This document shows positions 35,035-44,402 of a stretch of 54,944 bases of DNA, one piece after another. Location: positions 1 to 54,944 of IMG/VR virus record IMGVR_UViG_3300043465_001344; one strand, written 5' to 3'. This DNA is from a virus. Taxonomy: Duplodnaviria > Caudoviricetes. The position numbers and the translations under genes are program-made. The notes beneath the pieces are model-generated. The model did not search any database. It worked only from the letters and a program-made list of their open reading frames with translations, and had not been told where the DNA came from. How positions within the stretch are numbered: position 1 is the stretch's first letter; every line of letters begins with the position of its first letter.

Positions 35035-37126
35035 ATACTCCGTCACCTTCCCCTCGACCGGTCGGACCCTGTCCGCCGATCTGACGTTCTCGAAGGGCCT
35101 GACCGCGCTGACCGGCGCGAACGAGACCGGCAAGACCATGGTGCTGGAAGTGGCCCGCTGGCTGCTGTTCGGGACCGCCGCCCTGCGCGGCACGGCCGAC
35201 GACTACAAGACGCTGGTCGGCTACGGTGCCTTCGAGATCAAGGGCAACCTGATCGAGATCGACCGGTCCGCCCGGGGCGCGACCATGAAGCGCAACGGGG
35301 CGGCCGTGGCCACTGGCACCAAGCCGGTGAACCAGAAGGTCGTGGAGGAGCTGGGCTTCGGCCTGTCGGTCTTCGACATCGCCAACTCGATCAATCAGGG
35401 CGAGGTGGAGAAGCTGGGCTCGATGACGCCGACCGCCCGCAAGGCGATGGTCGACAGCGTCCTCGGTCTGGCCGTGCTGGATCTGGTGTCGAAGTGGGCC
35501 GGCGAGGAAGCCAAGCTGCTCGACCGTCAGGCCGACGGCCTGAAGGAGCGGCTGACGCCGCCCGGTGCGCCGCCCGAGAAGCCGGAGGGGTACCAGACGG
35601 TCGCCATCTTGGAGCCGTGGTTGGCTGAACTGCGTCGGGACGCCGACGAGCTGGCCGGGATTGAGGGCTGGCTGGCCGCCCCGGCACCGGGCAAACCCGA
35701 GAAGCCGACCACCAAGGTCGAGCTCCCCTCGGAGAACCTCGTCAGCCTCGCTGCGAAGCGCGCTGACGCCCGCGAGCTGGTCGCCGGTCTCTCCGTGGCC
35801 GTCAACGCCTTGCCGGCCTCAGCGGCCTTCCCCGCCACCACGCTGGACGCCGTTGAGCGGGCGTGGGACGCCTATGACGCGTTCGAGGTCGAGGTGCAGT
35901 GGGCCAAGGCCAACCCCCGGCCCACGACGCCCTACGCCGATCTGATCCAGATGCAGGTCGCGTGGGACCTGCGCAACGAGTGGGGCCACTACGAAAATCA
36001 GGTCCGCGAGGTCGAGCGGCTGCGCGCGGCGCTGGAAAACGTCGAGAAGGTCACCTGCCCCGCGTGTCAGCATGACTTCGCGCTGCACGCTGATCACGCC
36101 GCGCGCCTTGGCGCAGAGCTGGAGTTGGCCGAGCAGGGTATGTCGGACATCAGGCCCTCGCAGCCGAAGCCGGACGAGCCGAAGCTGAAGTCGGCTGAGA
36201 TCGACCGACTGGTCGCCGCGTGGGAGACCACCGACGACGCCCGTCATGCCGCGCTCTTCATGAACCCCGGCGCGACCAAGCCCGACATGACCCGCCGGGA
36301 GATCGACACCTACCGGCGGCAGCTGGAACAGGTCGCCGAGCGTGAACCACTGGCCGCGGAGCTGGCTGTCGCCCAGAAGAAGTTCGAGGCGATGGCCGAC
36401 TACGAAGCGATGCTCGCGGAGCGTCGCCAGTACGAGACGATGTTGGCCTCCTACCAGACCCAGCTGGCCGCCTACGAGGGCTGGCAGGCTGAGGCGACCA
36501 AGAAGCAGGCCCGCAAGACCCAACTGGCCGGCGCACCGGCTGCCCGGGACAAGATGGAGGTCAGCCTACAGCAGGCCCGGGGCTATGAGCACGCCGAGCG
36601 GACCTACAGCACCACCCACGACGCCTACGTCAAGGGCGTCGCCGAGGTCGGCCGGCTGCAGGACGAGGCCGACGAGCACCGCAAGGTGCGCGAGGTCATG
36701 GCCGTCCTGCGCGGCCTGATCAAGCAGCACGTCGTGCCGTCGCTCAACGTCGTGGCCAGCCAGCTGCTCCGGCAGATGACGGGCGGTCAGCGGAACATCA
36801 TCCACGTCGATGACGACTTCAACGTCAGGGTCGACGACCAGAGCCTCGACACCCTGTCTGGCTCCGGCAAGGCCTGCGCCAACCTCGCCCTGCGTATCGC
36901 GCTGGGGCAGGTGCTGACCAACCGGGTCTTCTCGATCATGCTGGCCGACGAGATCGACGCCAGCATGGATGAGTTCCGTTCCGAGCAGACTGCAGATGTC
37001 CTACGGATGTTGGAAGAAAGGGTCTCCCAAGTACTTCTCGTCTCCCATAAGCCAGTCGATGCGCCGCATCATGTCAGGCTCGGAGGATTTAGTGACGACT
37101 GCGACAACCCCGGATCAGGTTCGTGA
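35018..37126 (+). CDS. SbcC/Rad50-like ABC ATPase
   Basis: GANETGKT, Q-loop INQGE, CPAC zinc hook, LSGSG signature, LADEID, VSH. Confidence 0.88.
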   Translation: MLHRLKYSVTFPSTGRTLSADLTFSKGLTALTGANETGKTMVLEVARWLLFGTAALRGTADDYKTLVGYGAFEIKGNLIEIDRSARGATMKRNGAAVATGTKPVNQKVVEELGFGLSVFDIANSINQGEVEKLGSMTPTARKAMVDSVLGLAVLDLVSKWAGEEAKLLDRQADGLKERLTPPGAPPEKPEGYQTVAILEPWLAELRRDADELAGIEGWLAAPAPGKPEKPTTKVELPSENLVSLAAKRADARELVAGLSVAVNALPASAAFPATTLDAVERAWDAYDAFEVEVQWAKANPRPTTPYADLIQMQVAWDLRNEWGHYENQVREVERLRAALENVEKVTCPACQHDFALHADHAARLGAELELAEQGMSDIRPSQPKPDEPKLKSAEIDRLVAAWETTDDARHAALFMNPGATKPDMTRREIDTYRRQLEQVAEREPLAAELAVAQKKFEAMADYEAMLAERRQYETMLASYQTQLAAYEGWQAEATKKQARKTQLAGAPAARDKMEVSLQQARGYEHAERTYSTTHDAYVKGVAEVGRLQDEADEHRKVREVMAVLRGLIKQHVVPSLNVVASQLLRQMTGGQRNIIHVDDDFNVRVDDQSLDTLSGSGKACANLALRIALGQVLTNRVFSIMLADEIDASMDEFRSEQTADVLRMLEERVSQVLLVSHKPVDAPHHVRLGGFSDDCDNPGSGS

Positions 37127-37502
37127 CCTGTACAACGAGTGCGGGGGTGACCTTGAACAGGTCGCCGCCCGCCTCGGGCTGCCCTACAGCGAGTTCGTCT
37201 CGAAGTTCGGTGCGGAGGTAGCCCCGGCTTCCACCCCACCGGCGCGACGCCGGCCGCCGCCGTCCGATCTGGGGCACCGTGAAGGTGCTCCCAATCCGAA
37301 GTACATCGTCGCCGTGCGCCATGCGGACAACCCCATGTGGCCCACGGAACATCAGTCTGCCATCGCGCTCGCCCGGGCCAACTATGAGGCCGGGACGCAC
37401 GAGATGGTTCAGGGCCGGGATCGCGACTGGTTCATCCAGTATTCGATCCCCCGCCAGAAGCGTACCGGGGCGAGGAAGTTCTTCCACACCCACGGCTATT
37501 GA
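37092..37502 (+). CDS. hypothetical protein with an N-terminal HTH-like segment
   Basis: GGAGG SD + GTG; GGDLEQVAARLGL. Confidence 0.55.
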   Translation: MTTATTPDQVRDLYNECGGDLEQVAARLGLPYSEFVSKFGAEVAPASTPPARRRPPPSDLGHREGAPNPKYIVAVRHADNPMWPTEHQSAIALARANYEAGTHEMVQGRDRDWFIQYSIPRQKRTGARKFFHTHGY

Positions 37503-37529
37503 ACATCAACCGGAGAAGGGCACTACTCC

Positions 37530-37730
37530 ATGAAGACCACCGAAGAAGGCCGCGCTTGGTTTACCGGGCTTATCGGCCTCCCTGCTGCACTCTGCTGGAT
37601 CGCCTATGGCGCTGGCTGGCTGCTGTACCCCCGCTTTCCCGAGCTGACCCCTGAAACCTGCGCGAAGGGCGTCGCTGCCGGCTACTACAGCCTCGCGATG
37701 TTGATCCTGTTCACGGGAGGGATGCGCTAA
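37530..37730 (+). CDS. small two-TM protein
   Basis: Two hydrophobic segments. Confidence 0.55.
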   Translation: MKTTEEGRAWFTGLIGLPAALCWIAYGAGWLLYPRFPELTPETCAKGVAAGYYSLAMLILFTGGMR

Positions 37731-38875
37731 TGCGGTTCCTGTATCGCCGGGGCAAGCCCGGCCAAGTCCTCGTCTGGGCCATGGAGCAGGACGGTGCCCG
37801 GCACCGGACCATCCATGGCGTCCAAGGCGGCAATCTCGTCACCTCTGAGTGGACCGACTGCGTCGGCAAGCAGAAGCGGACCGACGTCGAGCAGGCCGCC
37901 TTCGAGATCGACGCCGGCTACACCTACCAGCTGAAGCGCAAGTACTTCGAGACCGTCGCCGAGATCGACGTGCCTCGCTTCTTCGCGCCCATGCTGGCCG
38001 AGAAGTGGGCCGACACCACCTTCGAGAAGTGTGTCGAGCGGGTCGCCAACGAGCGGGTCAGCGCCCGGTCGCTGGTGGGTAAGGGCGTCTTCGTCGAGCC
38101 CAAGCTGGATGGCTTCTGCTGCATCGCTCAGGCCTCCGGCCTGACCAGCCGTGAGGGCCAGCCCATCGTGGCCGTACCGCACGTCATGTCGGCGCTGTCG
38201 CAGTTCTTCCGCGACTTCCCCGACGCGGTGCTGCACGGCGAGCTGTACAGCCACGACCTGAAGGAGGACTTCGAGGAGCTGTCGTCCATCCTCAAGAAGC
38301 AGAACATGACCCCCGAGCTGGCCGAGGCCGCCAAGGGGATGCAGTTCTGGGTCTACGACTACCCGTCGCCGGACGTGCGCAACCTGCCCTACAGCGAGCG
38401 TCGTGAGCTGCTGAACATCGACCTGCGCGAGTTCTGTGGCGACGTCATCAAGCTGAACGCCTACTTCCCGGTGGTCGGCGCGTGGGAGATCGACGTCTAC
38501 CGTAACCGCTTCATCGCCGAGGGGTACGAGGGCGCGATGGTGAAGCTGGATCTGGCCTACCGGGTCGGCAAGCGGTCGTGGTCCAACCTGAAGTGCAAGG
38601 TCTTCGACTGCGCCGAGTTCGAGCTGGTCGGCGTCGAGCCGGGCAAGGGCAACTACAGCCGCTTCGCGAAGCGCGCGACGTTCAAGCTGGCCGACGGCCG
38701 GACCTTCGGCGCGGGCATCAAGGGCGGTCAGTCCAAGTTCAACGCTGACCTGCTGACCAACTGGCGCGAGACGCAGCACTCGGCCACCGTCCAGTACTTC
38801 GGTCTGACGGCCGACGGCATCCCCCGCATGGCCACGGTCAAGGCGTGGCTGGGGTTGGAAGGGCGGGTGCTCTGA
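37730..38875 (+). CDS. lig: ATP-dependent DNA ligase
   Basis: APMLA, EPKLDG, LHGELY, FWVYD, YEGAMVK, GKRS..NLKCK, GIPR. Confidence 0.88.
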   Translation: MRFLYRRGKPGQVLVWAMEQDGARHRTIHGVQGGNLVTSEWTDCVGKQKRTDVEQAAFEIDAGYTYQLKRKYFETVAEIDVPRFFAPMLAEKWADTTFEKCVERVANERVSARSLVGKGVFVEPKLDGFCCIAQASGLTSREGQPIVAVPHVMSALSQFFRDFPDAVLHGELYSHDLKEDFEELSSILKKQNMTPELAEAAKGMQFWVYDYPSPDVRNLPYSERRELLNIDLREFCGDVIKLNAYFPVVGAWEIDVYRNRFIAEGYEGAMVKLDLAYRVGKRSWSNLKCKVFDCAEFELVGVEPGKGNYSRFAKRATFKLADGRTFGAGIKGGQSKFNADLLTNWRETQHSATVQYFGLTADGIPRMATVKAWLGLEGRVL

Positions 38876-39159
38876 TGGCCCAGACCAACCACGTCGTCCG
38901 CTCGTGGTGTCACCTCTTCGAGGCGATGGCCTCCGGCGAGAAGACCCACGACCTTCGTCGCAACGACCGTCACTATCAGGTGGGTGACACCCTCGACCTG
39001 CAGGAATATGACATCCGCTTCGGCCGCCCGACCGGGCGCTCGTTGCGGATGCAGATCACCTACATCACGGGCCGCGACGAGGGACATCACCCCTGCGCCG
39101 TCTCCTCGGCAGTGCTCGACCCCGAGTACGTCATCCTCTCTGTGAGAAAGTTCCCTTGA
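38875..39159 (+). CDS. DUF3850/ASCH-like protein
   Basis: FEAMASGEKTHDLRRNDRHYQVGDTLDLQEY. Confidence 0.8.
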   Translation: MAQTNHVVRSWCHLFEAMASGEKTHDLRRNDRHYQVGDTLDLQEYDIRFGRPTGRSLRMQITYITGRDEGHHPCAVSSAVLDPEYVILSVRKFP

Positions 39160-39953
39160 CCACCATTTCCGCCAAGGTCATCGCCGACAGCGTCGCCGAA
39201 GACACCCGCATCCGCCTGTTGACGTTCGAACTGCGCTACCCCCGCTTCGTCCACGCCGAGTTCATGACCCACCGGGTCTTCAGCCGGAACGCCTCGTCCA
39301 GCCGCGCCATCCCGGTCAAGCGCCTCATCGCCACCGTGCTGCACGACATGGCCGAGCCCGTCCACTGGGGCAAGAACCAACCGGGCATGCAGGCCCGTGA
39401 GGAGCTGTCCGGCTGGCGTCTGGTCGCCGCGCGCCTGCTGTGGCGATCCGCGGGTCGCGCTGCCGTGCTGTTCGCTCGCGGAATGGCGGCGCTCGGCGCG
39501 CACAAGCAAATCGTCAACCGTCTGATCGAGCCGTTCAGCCACATCACAGTCGTGGTCACCGCCACCGAGTGGGAGAACTTCTTCGCCCTGCGGCTCCACG
39601 AGGATGCCGACCCGACCATCCGCGAGCTGGCCTACGTCATGGACTGCGTCGCTCGAGCCTCCACCCCGCTGGTGCTGAAGCCGGGCCAGTGGCACCTGCC
39701 GTACGCGGCCGACGAGGGCCGCGCGGTCTCCGCCGCCCGTTGTGCGCGGACCAGCTACCTGACCCACGACGGCCAGCGGCCGACGGCGGCCGACGACCTC
39801 GCGCTCTTCCAGCGTCTGGTCGAAGCCAACCCGCCCCACCTGTCGCCTGTCGAGCATCAGGCCACCCCGTCCGGTGATCGGGAGTTCCACAAGAACTTCC
39901 GGGGCTGGATCCAGTTTCGCGAGGAGATCGAACATGACCGCTACAGCGCCTAA
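39156..39953 (+). CDS. thyX: FAD-dependent thymidylate synthase
   Basis: HAEFMTHRVFSRNASSSRAIP; HKQIVNR; SAARCARTSY; HLSPVEH. Confidence 0.88.
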   Translation: MTTISAKVIADSVAEDTRIRLLTFELRYPRFVHAEFMTHRVFSRNASSSRAIPVKRLIATVLHDMAEPVHWGKNQPGMQAREELSGWRLVAARLLWRSAGRAAVLFARGMAALGAHKQIVNRLIEPFSHITVVVTATEWENFFALRLHEDADPTIRELAYVMDCVARASTPLVLKPGQWHLPYAADEGRAVSAARCARTSYLTHDGQRPTAADDLALFQRLVEANPPHLSPVEHQATPSGDREFHKNFRGWIQFREEIEHDRYSA

Positions 39954-40509
39954 GTTCATCGGCATCGCCGGCCGCAAGCGGTCGGGTAAGGACACCGCAG
40001 CCATCATGCTCCCCCGGGAGTACCGGAAGCTGTCCTTCGCCAAGCCGATCAAGGCCATGCTGCGCACCCTGCTCTCCACCCGGGGGGCCGACCATGAGCT
40101 GATCGAGCGCATGATGGAGGGCGACCTCAAGGAGATCACGTCGCCCCTGTTCGGGGGCCACACCCCACGTCACGCGATGCAGACCCTCGGCACTGAATGG
40201 GGCCGCCAGTGCATCCACGGCAGCCTCTGGGTGGACACCGCCCTGACGGAGGCCTTGGCCACGGGGGAGTGCTACGTCATCCCCGACGTCCGGTTCCACA
40301 ACGAGTGCAACGCCATCAAGGCCATCGGTGGTGTGGTCATCAGGGTCGAGCGCCCCGGTCGCCCCATCGGCGTGCTCGAAGACCATGCCTCGGAGCAAGA
40401 GATCGACGAGCTGGATGTCGACCACGTCCTCGTCAATGACGCCGACACCGCCCTCGGTTTCGAACAGGTGGCAGCAGCTTTCTTCCGCGAAAAGCTGAAC
40501 ATCCACTAG
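39934..40509 (+). CDS. deoxynucleoside monophosphate kinase
   Basis: GIAGRKRSGKDT, SFAKPIK, TPRHAMQTLGTEWGR, DVRFHNE, HASE. Confidence 0.9.
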   Translation: MTATAPKFIGIAGRKRSGKDTAAIMLPREYRKLSFAKPIKAMLRTLLSTRGADHELIERMMEGDLKEITSPLFGGHTPRHAMQTLGTEWGRQCIHGSLWVDTALTEALATGECYVIPDVRFHNECNAIKAIGGVVIRVERPGRPIGVLEDHASEQEIDELDVDHVLVNDADTALGFEQVAAAFFREKLNIH

Positions 40510-40524
40510 ATACTCGCCTTTGCC

Positions 40525-40556
40525 CCCTAGCGGTGGGAGTTTCTCCCCCGCTAGGG
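40525..40556. promoter_or_regulatory. stem-loop upstream of nrdA
   Basis: CCCTAGCGG-TGGGAG-TTT-CTCCC-CCGCTAGGG, with no U tract. Confidence 0.45.
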
Positions 40557-40582
40557 TCCGCTCCCCACTCTGGAGAACCACC

Positions 40583-42403
40583 ATGCCCGATCCATCGGCC
40601 GTCACCCTGTGCCCTGAGCGCGACAACCTGCTCACCGACTTCGGCAAGAAGACGATGCGAGATCGGTATCTGCTCCCGGGCGAGAGCTATCAGGATATGT
40701 TCGCCCGGGTCGCCGCAGCCTACGCCGATGACGACGCCCACGCGCAGCGCGTCTACGACTACATCTCGCAACTCTGGTTCATGCCGGCGACACCTGTGCT
40801 GTCCAACGGGGGCACCGACCGGGGCCTGCCCATCAGCTGCTTCCTGAACGCCGTCGGTGACAGCCTCGACGGCATCCAGCATATCTGGAACGAGAACATC
40901 GCTCTGGCCTCCAACGGCGGCGGGATCGGCACCTACTGGGGCGGTGTGCGCTCCATCGGCGAGAAGGTGAAAGGCCGCGGCGTGACGAGCGGCATCATCC
41001 CCTTCATCCGGGTCATGGACAGCCTGACGCTGGCGATCAGCCAAGGTAGCCTCCGGCGCGGCTCGGCCGCCGTCTATCTCGACGTCCACCACCCCGAGGT
41101 CGAGGAGTTCCTCGAAATCCGCAAGCCGACCGGGGACGCCAACCGCAAGGCTCCGAACATCCACCACGGCCTGAACGTCACCGACGCCTTCATGGAGGCC
41201 GTGCGCGACCGCCGGACCTTCGACCTGCTGTCGCCCAAGACCGGCGAGGTGATCAAGACGGTGGACGCCCGCAAGCTGTGGCAGAAGATCCTCGACACGC
41301 GGCTCCAGACCGGGGAGCCCTACCTGATCTTCATCGACCGGGTGAACGACGCGATGCCGATGCACCAGCGCCAATCGGGGCTGCAGGTGCGTCAGTCGAA
41401 CCTCTGCACCGAGATCACGCTGCACTCGGGCAAGGACCACCTCGGCGTGGACCGGACCGCCGTCTGTTGCCTCGCCTCCGTCAACGCCGAGACCTTCCTC
41501 GACTGGCAGGATGAGCCCCTGTTCATCCCCGACATCATGCGCTTCCTCGACAACGTGCTCCAGAGCTTCATCGACAACGCCCCTCCGCCTATGGCCAGCG
41601 CGGTCTACTCGGCCATGCGAGAACGGTCAGTCGGCCTCGGCCTGATGGGCTTCCACTCGTTCCTGCAGAAGCAGGGACTGGCCTTCGAGGGACCGATGGC
41701 CAAGTCGTGGAACAAGCGTCTGTTCCGTCACCTACGCCGGCAGGCCGATCAGGCCAGCGTGGATCTGGCGGTCGAGCGCGGCCCCTGCCCAGATGCGGCG
41801 GATCATGGAGTGATGGAGCGGTTCAGCCACAAGCTGGCCATCGCGCCGACCGCCTCGATCTCGATCATCTGCGGCGGCACGTCGGCGGGGATCGAACCCA
41901 TCCCCTCGAACATCTACTCGCATAAGACCCTCTCCGGTACCGTGGCGGTCATGAACCCCTACCTCGACCAGCTGCTGCAGGACGTGTGGGAGCAACGCTT
42001 CTCGGGCACCCCTCGCACACAATGGCTCGCCGAACAATGGGACAGCGTCCTTGAAGCCGACGGCTCCGTGCAGCATCTCGACTGTCTGAACGAAGACGAG
42101 AAGAAGGTGTTCCGCACCAGCTTTGAGTTGGATCAGAGGTGGATCGTCGAGCATGCGGTCGACCGCACCCCCGACATCTGTCAGGCGCAGTCGGTCAATC
42201 TCTTCATCCCCGGCAACGTCAACAAGTGGGACCTGCACATGCTGCACTGGACCGCTTGGGAGCGGGGCATGAAGTCCCTCTATTATCTGCGCTCGCGCTC
42301 TGTCGCTCGCGCCGCCCACGCCGGCTCCGACAAGGCCGCCTCCCCCTTCCCCATCGCGGCTCCGGCCCCGGTTCAATACGATGAGTGCCTCGCATGTCAG
42401 TAG
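40583..42403 (+). CDS. nrdA: class I ribonucleotide reductase alpha subunit, no ATP cone
   Basis: PATPVLSN, PISCFL, QSNLCTEI, AIAPTASIS, KSLYY, C-terminal CLAC. Confidence 0.95.
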   Translation: MPDPSAVTLCPERDNLLTDFGKKTMRDRYLLPGESYQDMFARVAAAYADDDAHAQRVYDYISQLWFMPATPVLSNGGTDRGLPISCFLNAVGDSLDGIQHIWNENIALASNGGGIGTYWGGVRSIGEKVKGRGVTSGIIPFIRVMDSLTLAISQGSLRRGSAAVYLDVHHPEVEEFLEIRKPTGDANRKAPNIHHGLNVTDAFMEAVRDRRTFDLLSPKTGEVIKTVDARKLWQKILDTRLQTGEPYLIFIDRVNDAMPMHQRQSGLQVRQSNLCTEITLHSGKDHLGVDRTAVCCLASVNAETFLDWQDEPLFIPDIMRFLDNVLQSFIDNAPPPMASAVYSAMRERSVGLGLMGFHSFLQKQGLAFEGPMAKSWNKRLFRHLRRQADQASVDLAVERGPCPDAADHGVMERFSHKLAIAPTASISIICGGTSAGIEPIPSNIYSHKTLSGTVAVMNPYLDQLLQDVWEQRFSGTPRTQWLAEQWDSVLEADGSVQHLDCLNEDEKKVFRTSFELDQRWIVEHAVDRTPDICQAQSVNLFIPGNVNKWDLHMLHWTAWERGMKSLYYLRSRSVARAAHAGSDKAASPFPIAAPAPVQYDECLACQ

Positions 42404-43509
42404 ACCGCCCCATCCCCACCTACACCTTCGATGACTTCGGTAACCTCAACGGCGTCATCGGCGAGAGCTCGCCCACTATGGTGCAGGTCAAGCAGGAGGC
42501 CATCCTCGCCATCCATGAGCTGATGCCGGTGGGGCTCCGTACGCCGGGGCCGTTCAAGCCGATGCGGTACCCATGGGCCTACGCTCTGTGGAAGCTCCAT
42601 GAGGAGATCCACTGGCTGCCCAAGGAGGTGCCTATGGGCGAGGACGTCATGGATTGGGAGCGCAACCTGTCGCCGGGTGAGAAGAACCTCCTGACGCAGA
42701 TCTTCCGGCTGTTCGTGAAGTCCGACGAGGAGGTCAACAACAACTACATGACGCGCCTCGGGGGCCTGTTCAAGCCGACCGAGATCTGCATGATGCTGTC
42801 CGGCTTCGCCGGCCGCGAGCCTGTCCACATCGACGCCTACAGCGTTGTGCTGGAGACCGTGGGCATGCCGGACAGCGACTACGCGGCCTTCGCCCAGTAC
42901 GAGGCCATGCAGGCCAAGGTGGATCACTGGTCGACCTTCAAGGTCGACACCGACGCCAACATCCTGAAGACGCTGGCCATGTTCGGTGGCTTTGCCGAGG
43001 GGCTCCAGCTCTTCGCCTCGTTCGCCATGCTCATGAACTTCCCCCGGCACGGCAAGATGAAGGGGATGGGCCAGATCGTGTCGTGGTCGGTGCGTGACGA
43101 GAGCATCCACTGTCAGGGCGTGATCCAGCTGTTCCACGAGTTCGCCAACGAGACCGGCGCGCTCACGCCGGAGGTGCGCCAGAGCATCCTCGACACGCTG
43201 ATGGTGGTGATCGCTCAGGAAGACGCCTTCATCGATCTGGCCTTCGAGCTGGGCGACGTGGAGGGCATGACCGCGGACGACGTGAAGCGATACATCCGCT
43301 TCATCGGCGGCTGGCGGATGCGCCAGCTGGGGCTGGCCGACCCGTTCGGGATCACCGAGCACCCGCTGCCGTGGCTGCAGGTCATGCTGTCGGGTCAGGA
43401 GCACGCCAACTTCTTCGAGGCATCGCCGACCGAGTATTCGAAGGGTGCTTCCGAGGGGACCTACGACGAGGTCTGGGATCGGTTTGACGCCCTGCCCCGG
43501 GTGGGGTAG
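42394..43509 (+). CDS. nrdB: class I ribonucleotide reductase beta subunit (start uncertain)
   Basis: KPMRYPWA, EPVHIDAY, EGLQLFASF, RDESIH, HANFFE. Confidence 0.93.
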   Translation: MSVDRPIPTYTFDDFGNLNGVIGESSPTMVQVKQEAILAIHELMPVGLRTPGPFKPMRYPWAYALWKLHEEIHWLPKEVPMGEDVMDWERNLSPGEKNLLTQIFRLFVKSDEEVNNNYMTRLGGLFKPTEICMMLSGFAGREPVHIDAYSVVLETVGMPDSDYAAFAQYEAMQAKVDHWSTFKVDTDANILKTLAMFGGFAEGLQLFASFAMLMNFPRHGKMKGMGQIVSWSVRDESIHCQGVIQLFHEFANETGALTPEVRQSILDTLMVVIAQEDAFIDLAFELGDVEGMTADDVKRYIRFIGGWRMRQLGLADPFGITEHPLPWLQVMLSGQEHANFFEASPTEYSKGASEGTYDEVWDRFDALPRVG

Positions 43510-43538
43510 TAAGGGCGACCCTACTACCGGCCTCCGAG

Positions 43539-43566
43539 AGGGTCGCTCTTCGGAGCGGCCCTTTTT
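43539..43566 (+). terminator. terminator for the + strand block
   Basis: AGGGTCGCTC-TTCG-GAGCGGCCCT-TTTT. Confidence 0.85.
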
Positions 43567-43586
43567 CGTGTCTGGTGCCCAAACGC

Positions 43587-43619
43587 AAAAGCCCCCGTCC
43601 GAGGCGGCGGACGGGGGCT
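43587..43619 (-). terminator. terminator for the - strand late block
   Basis: AAAAGCCCCCGTCCG...CGGACGGGGGCT; U tract on the - strand. Confidence 0.8.
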
Positions 43620-43693
43620 CCCACAGAACGACCGGAGAAGGGCAAACGCCAGCCGAAGCTGCAATATCGTTCGCTCAGAGTAGACCTACAAGA

Positions 43694-44086
43694 TCAATGA
43701 TTTCCAGTGGAAAGATCGAGGTCGGGGGTGAACGGCTCCGGTGTCGCTAGCTGCTCCAGAAGGGGGGTTCGCGTCGAGGTCGAAGGACGGAAGTGTCGAG
43801 CATCTGGGCACTCTCCTGTTACCTGATCGATGGCCGTCAGGGTCAGGCAGACCCTGCGAAGCTGCCGTCGGCAATCGCGTCCGGCACCGGTCCGCTCCGT
43901 TTCGTTGATCGCAGTGGTGACGTCGTCGGCACCGGCCGCCCACGGCCGGGGCTCACCATCACACGCGAATAGTTCAGCGGGGAGCTTCGTCCGCTCCACC
44001 GGGGGAGGGACCTGCACCCTCTGCGGCCAGATCGTCGAGCAGCTGGCGACGGCGAAGCTCGAAAGCAGGACTAGCAGCACACGCAT
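43694..44086 (-). CDS. o-spanin (Rz1-like lipoprotein)
   Basis: MRVLLVLLSSFAVAS-C lipobox, Pro-rich, overlaps the 3' end of the i-spanin in another frame. Confidence 0.75.
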   Translation of the reverse strand: MRVLLVLLSSFAVASCSTIWPQRVQVPPPVERTKLPAELFACDGEPRPWAAGADDVTTAINETERTGAGRDCRRQLRRVCLTLTAIDQVTGECPDARHFRPSTSTRTPLLEQLATPEPFTPDLDLSTGNH

Positions 44087-44402
44087 TGGTCTTCTCCACA
44101 GCGGACAGGGCGGCGATACGATCCAACAGCGCGGTCTGCGCGGCCCGGTCATCGCTCGACCCTTGTACGATAACCGGAATGGCCCGGTCACGATATTCGA
44201 TTTCCTTGATCGCCAGATCACCCTTCACTGCGTCGAAGGCCGTCACGATGACCGTGGGGCACTTCTCCAGCGTCTGGAAGCGGATGTCGGCGGCACAGGC
44301 CGCCCACGCCTCAGTCGCCTGCCAGTCGCGCAGCTGGTAGCCCCCGCCGAAGCCGGTGGCGAGCAGGAGGGCCGAGGCCAACAGGTAGATCCAGATCTTC
44401 AC
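43974..44402 (-). CDS. i-spanin (Rz-like)
   Basis: N-terminal TM (GGYQLRDWQ), helical periplasmic part, downstream of the endolysin. Confidence 0.75.
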   Translation of the reverse strand: MKIWIYLLASALLLATGFGGGYQLRDWQATEAWAACAADIRFQTLEKCPTVIVTAFDAVKGDLAIKEIEYRDRAIPVIVQGSSDDRAAQTALLDRIAALSAVEKTNACAASPAFELRRRQLLDDLAAEGAGPSPGGADEAPR

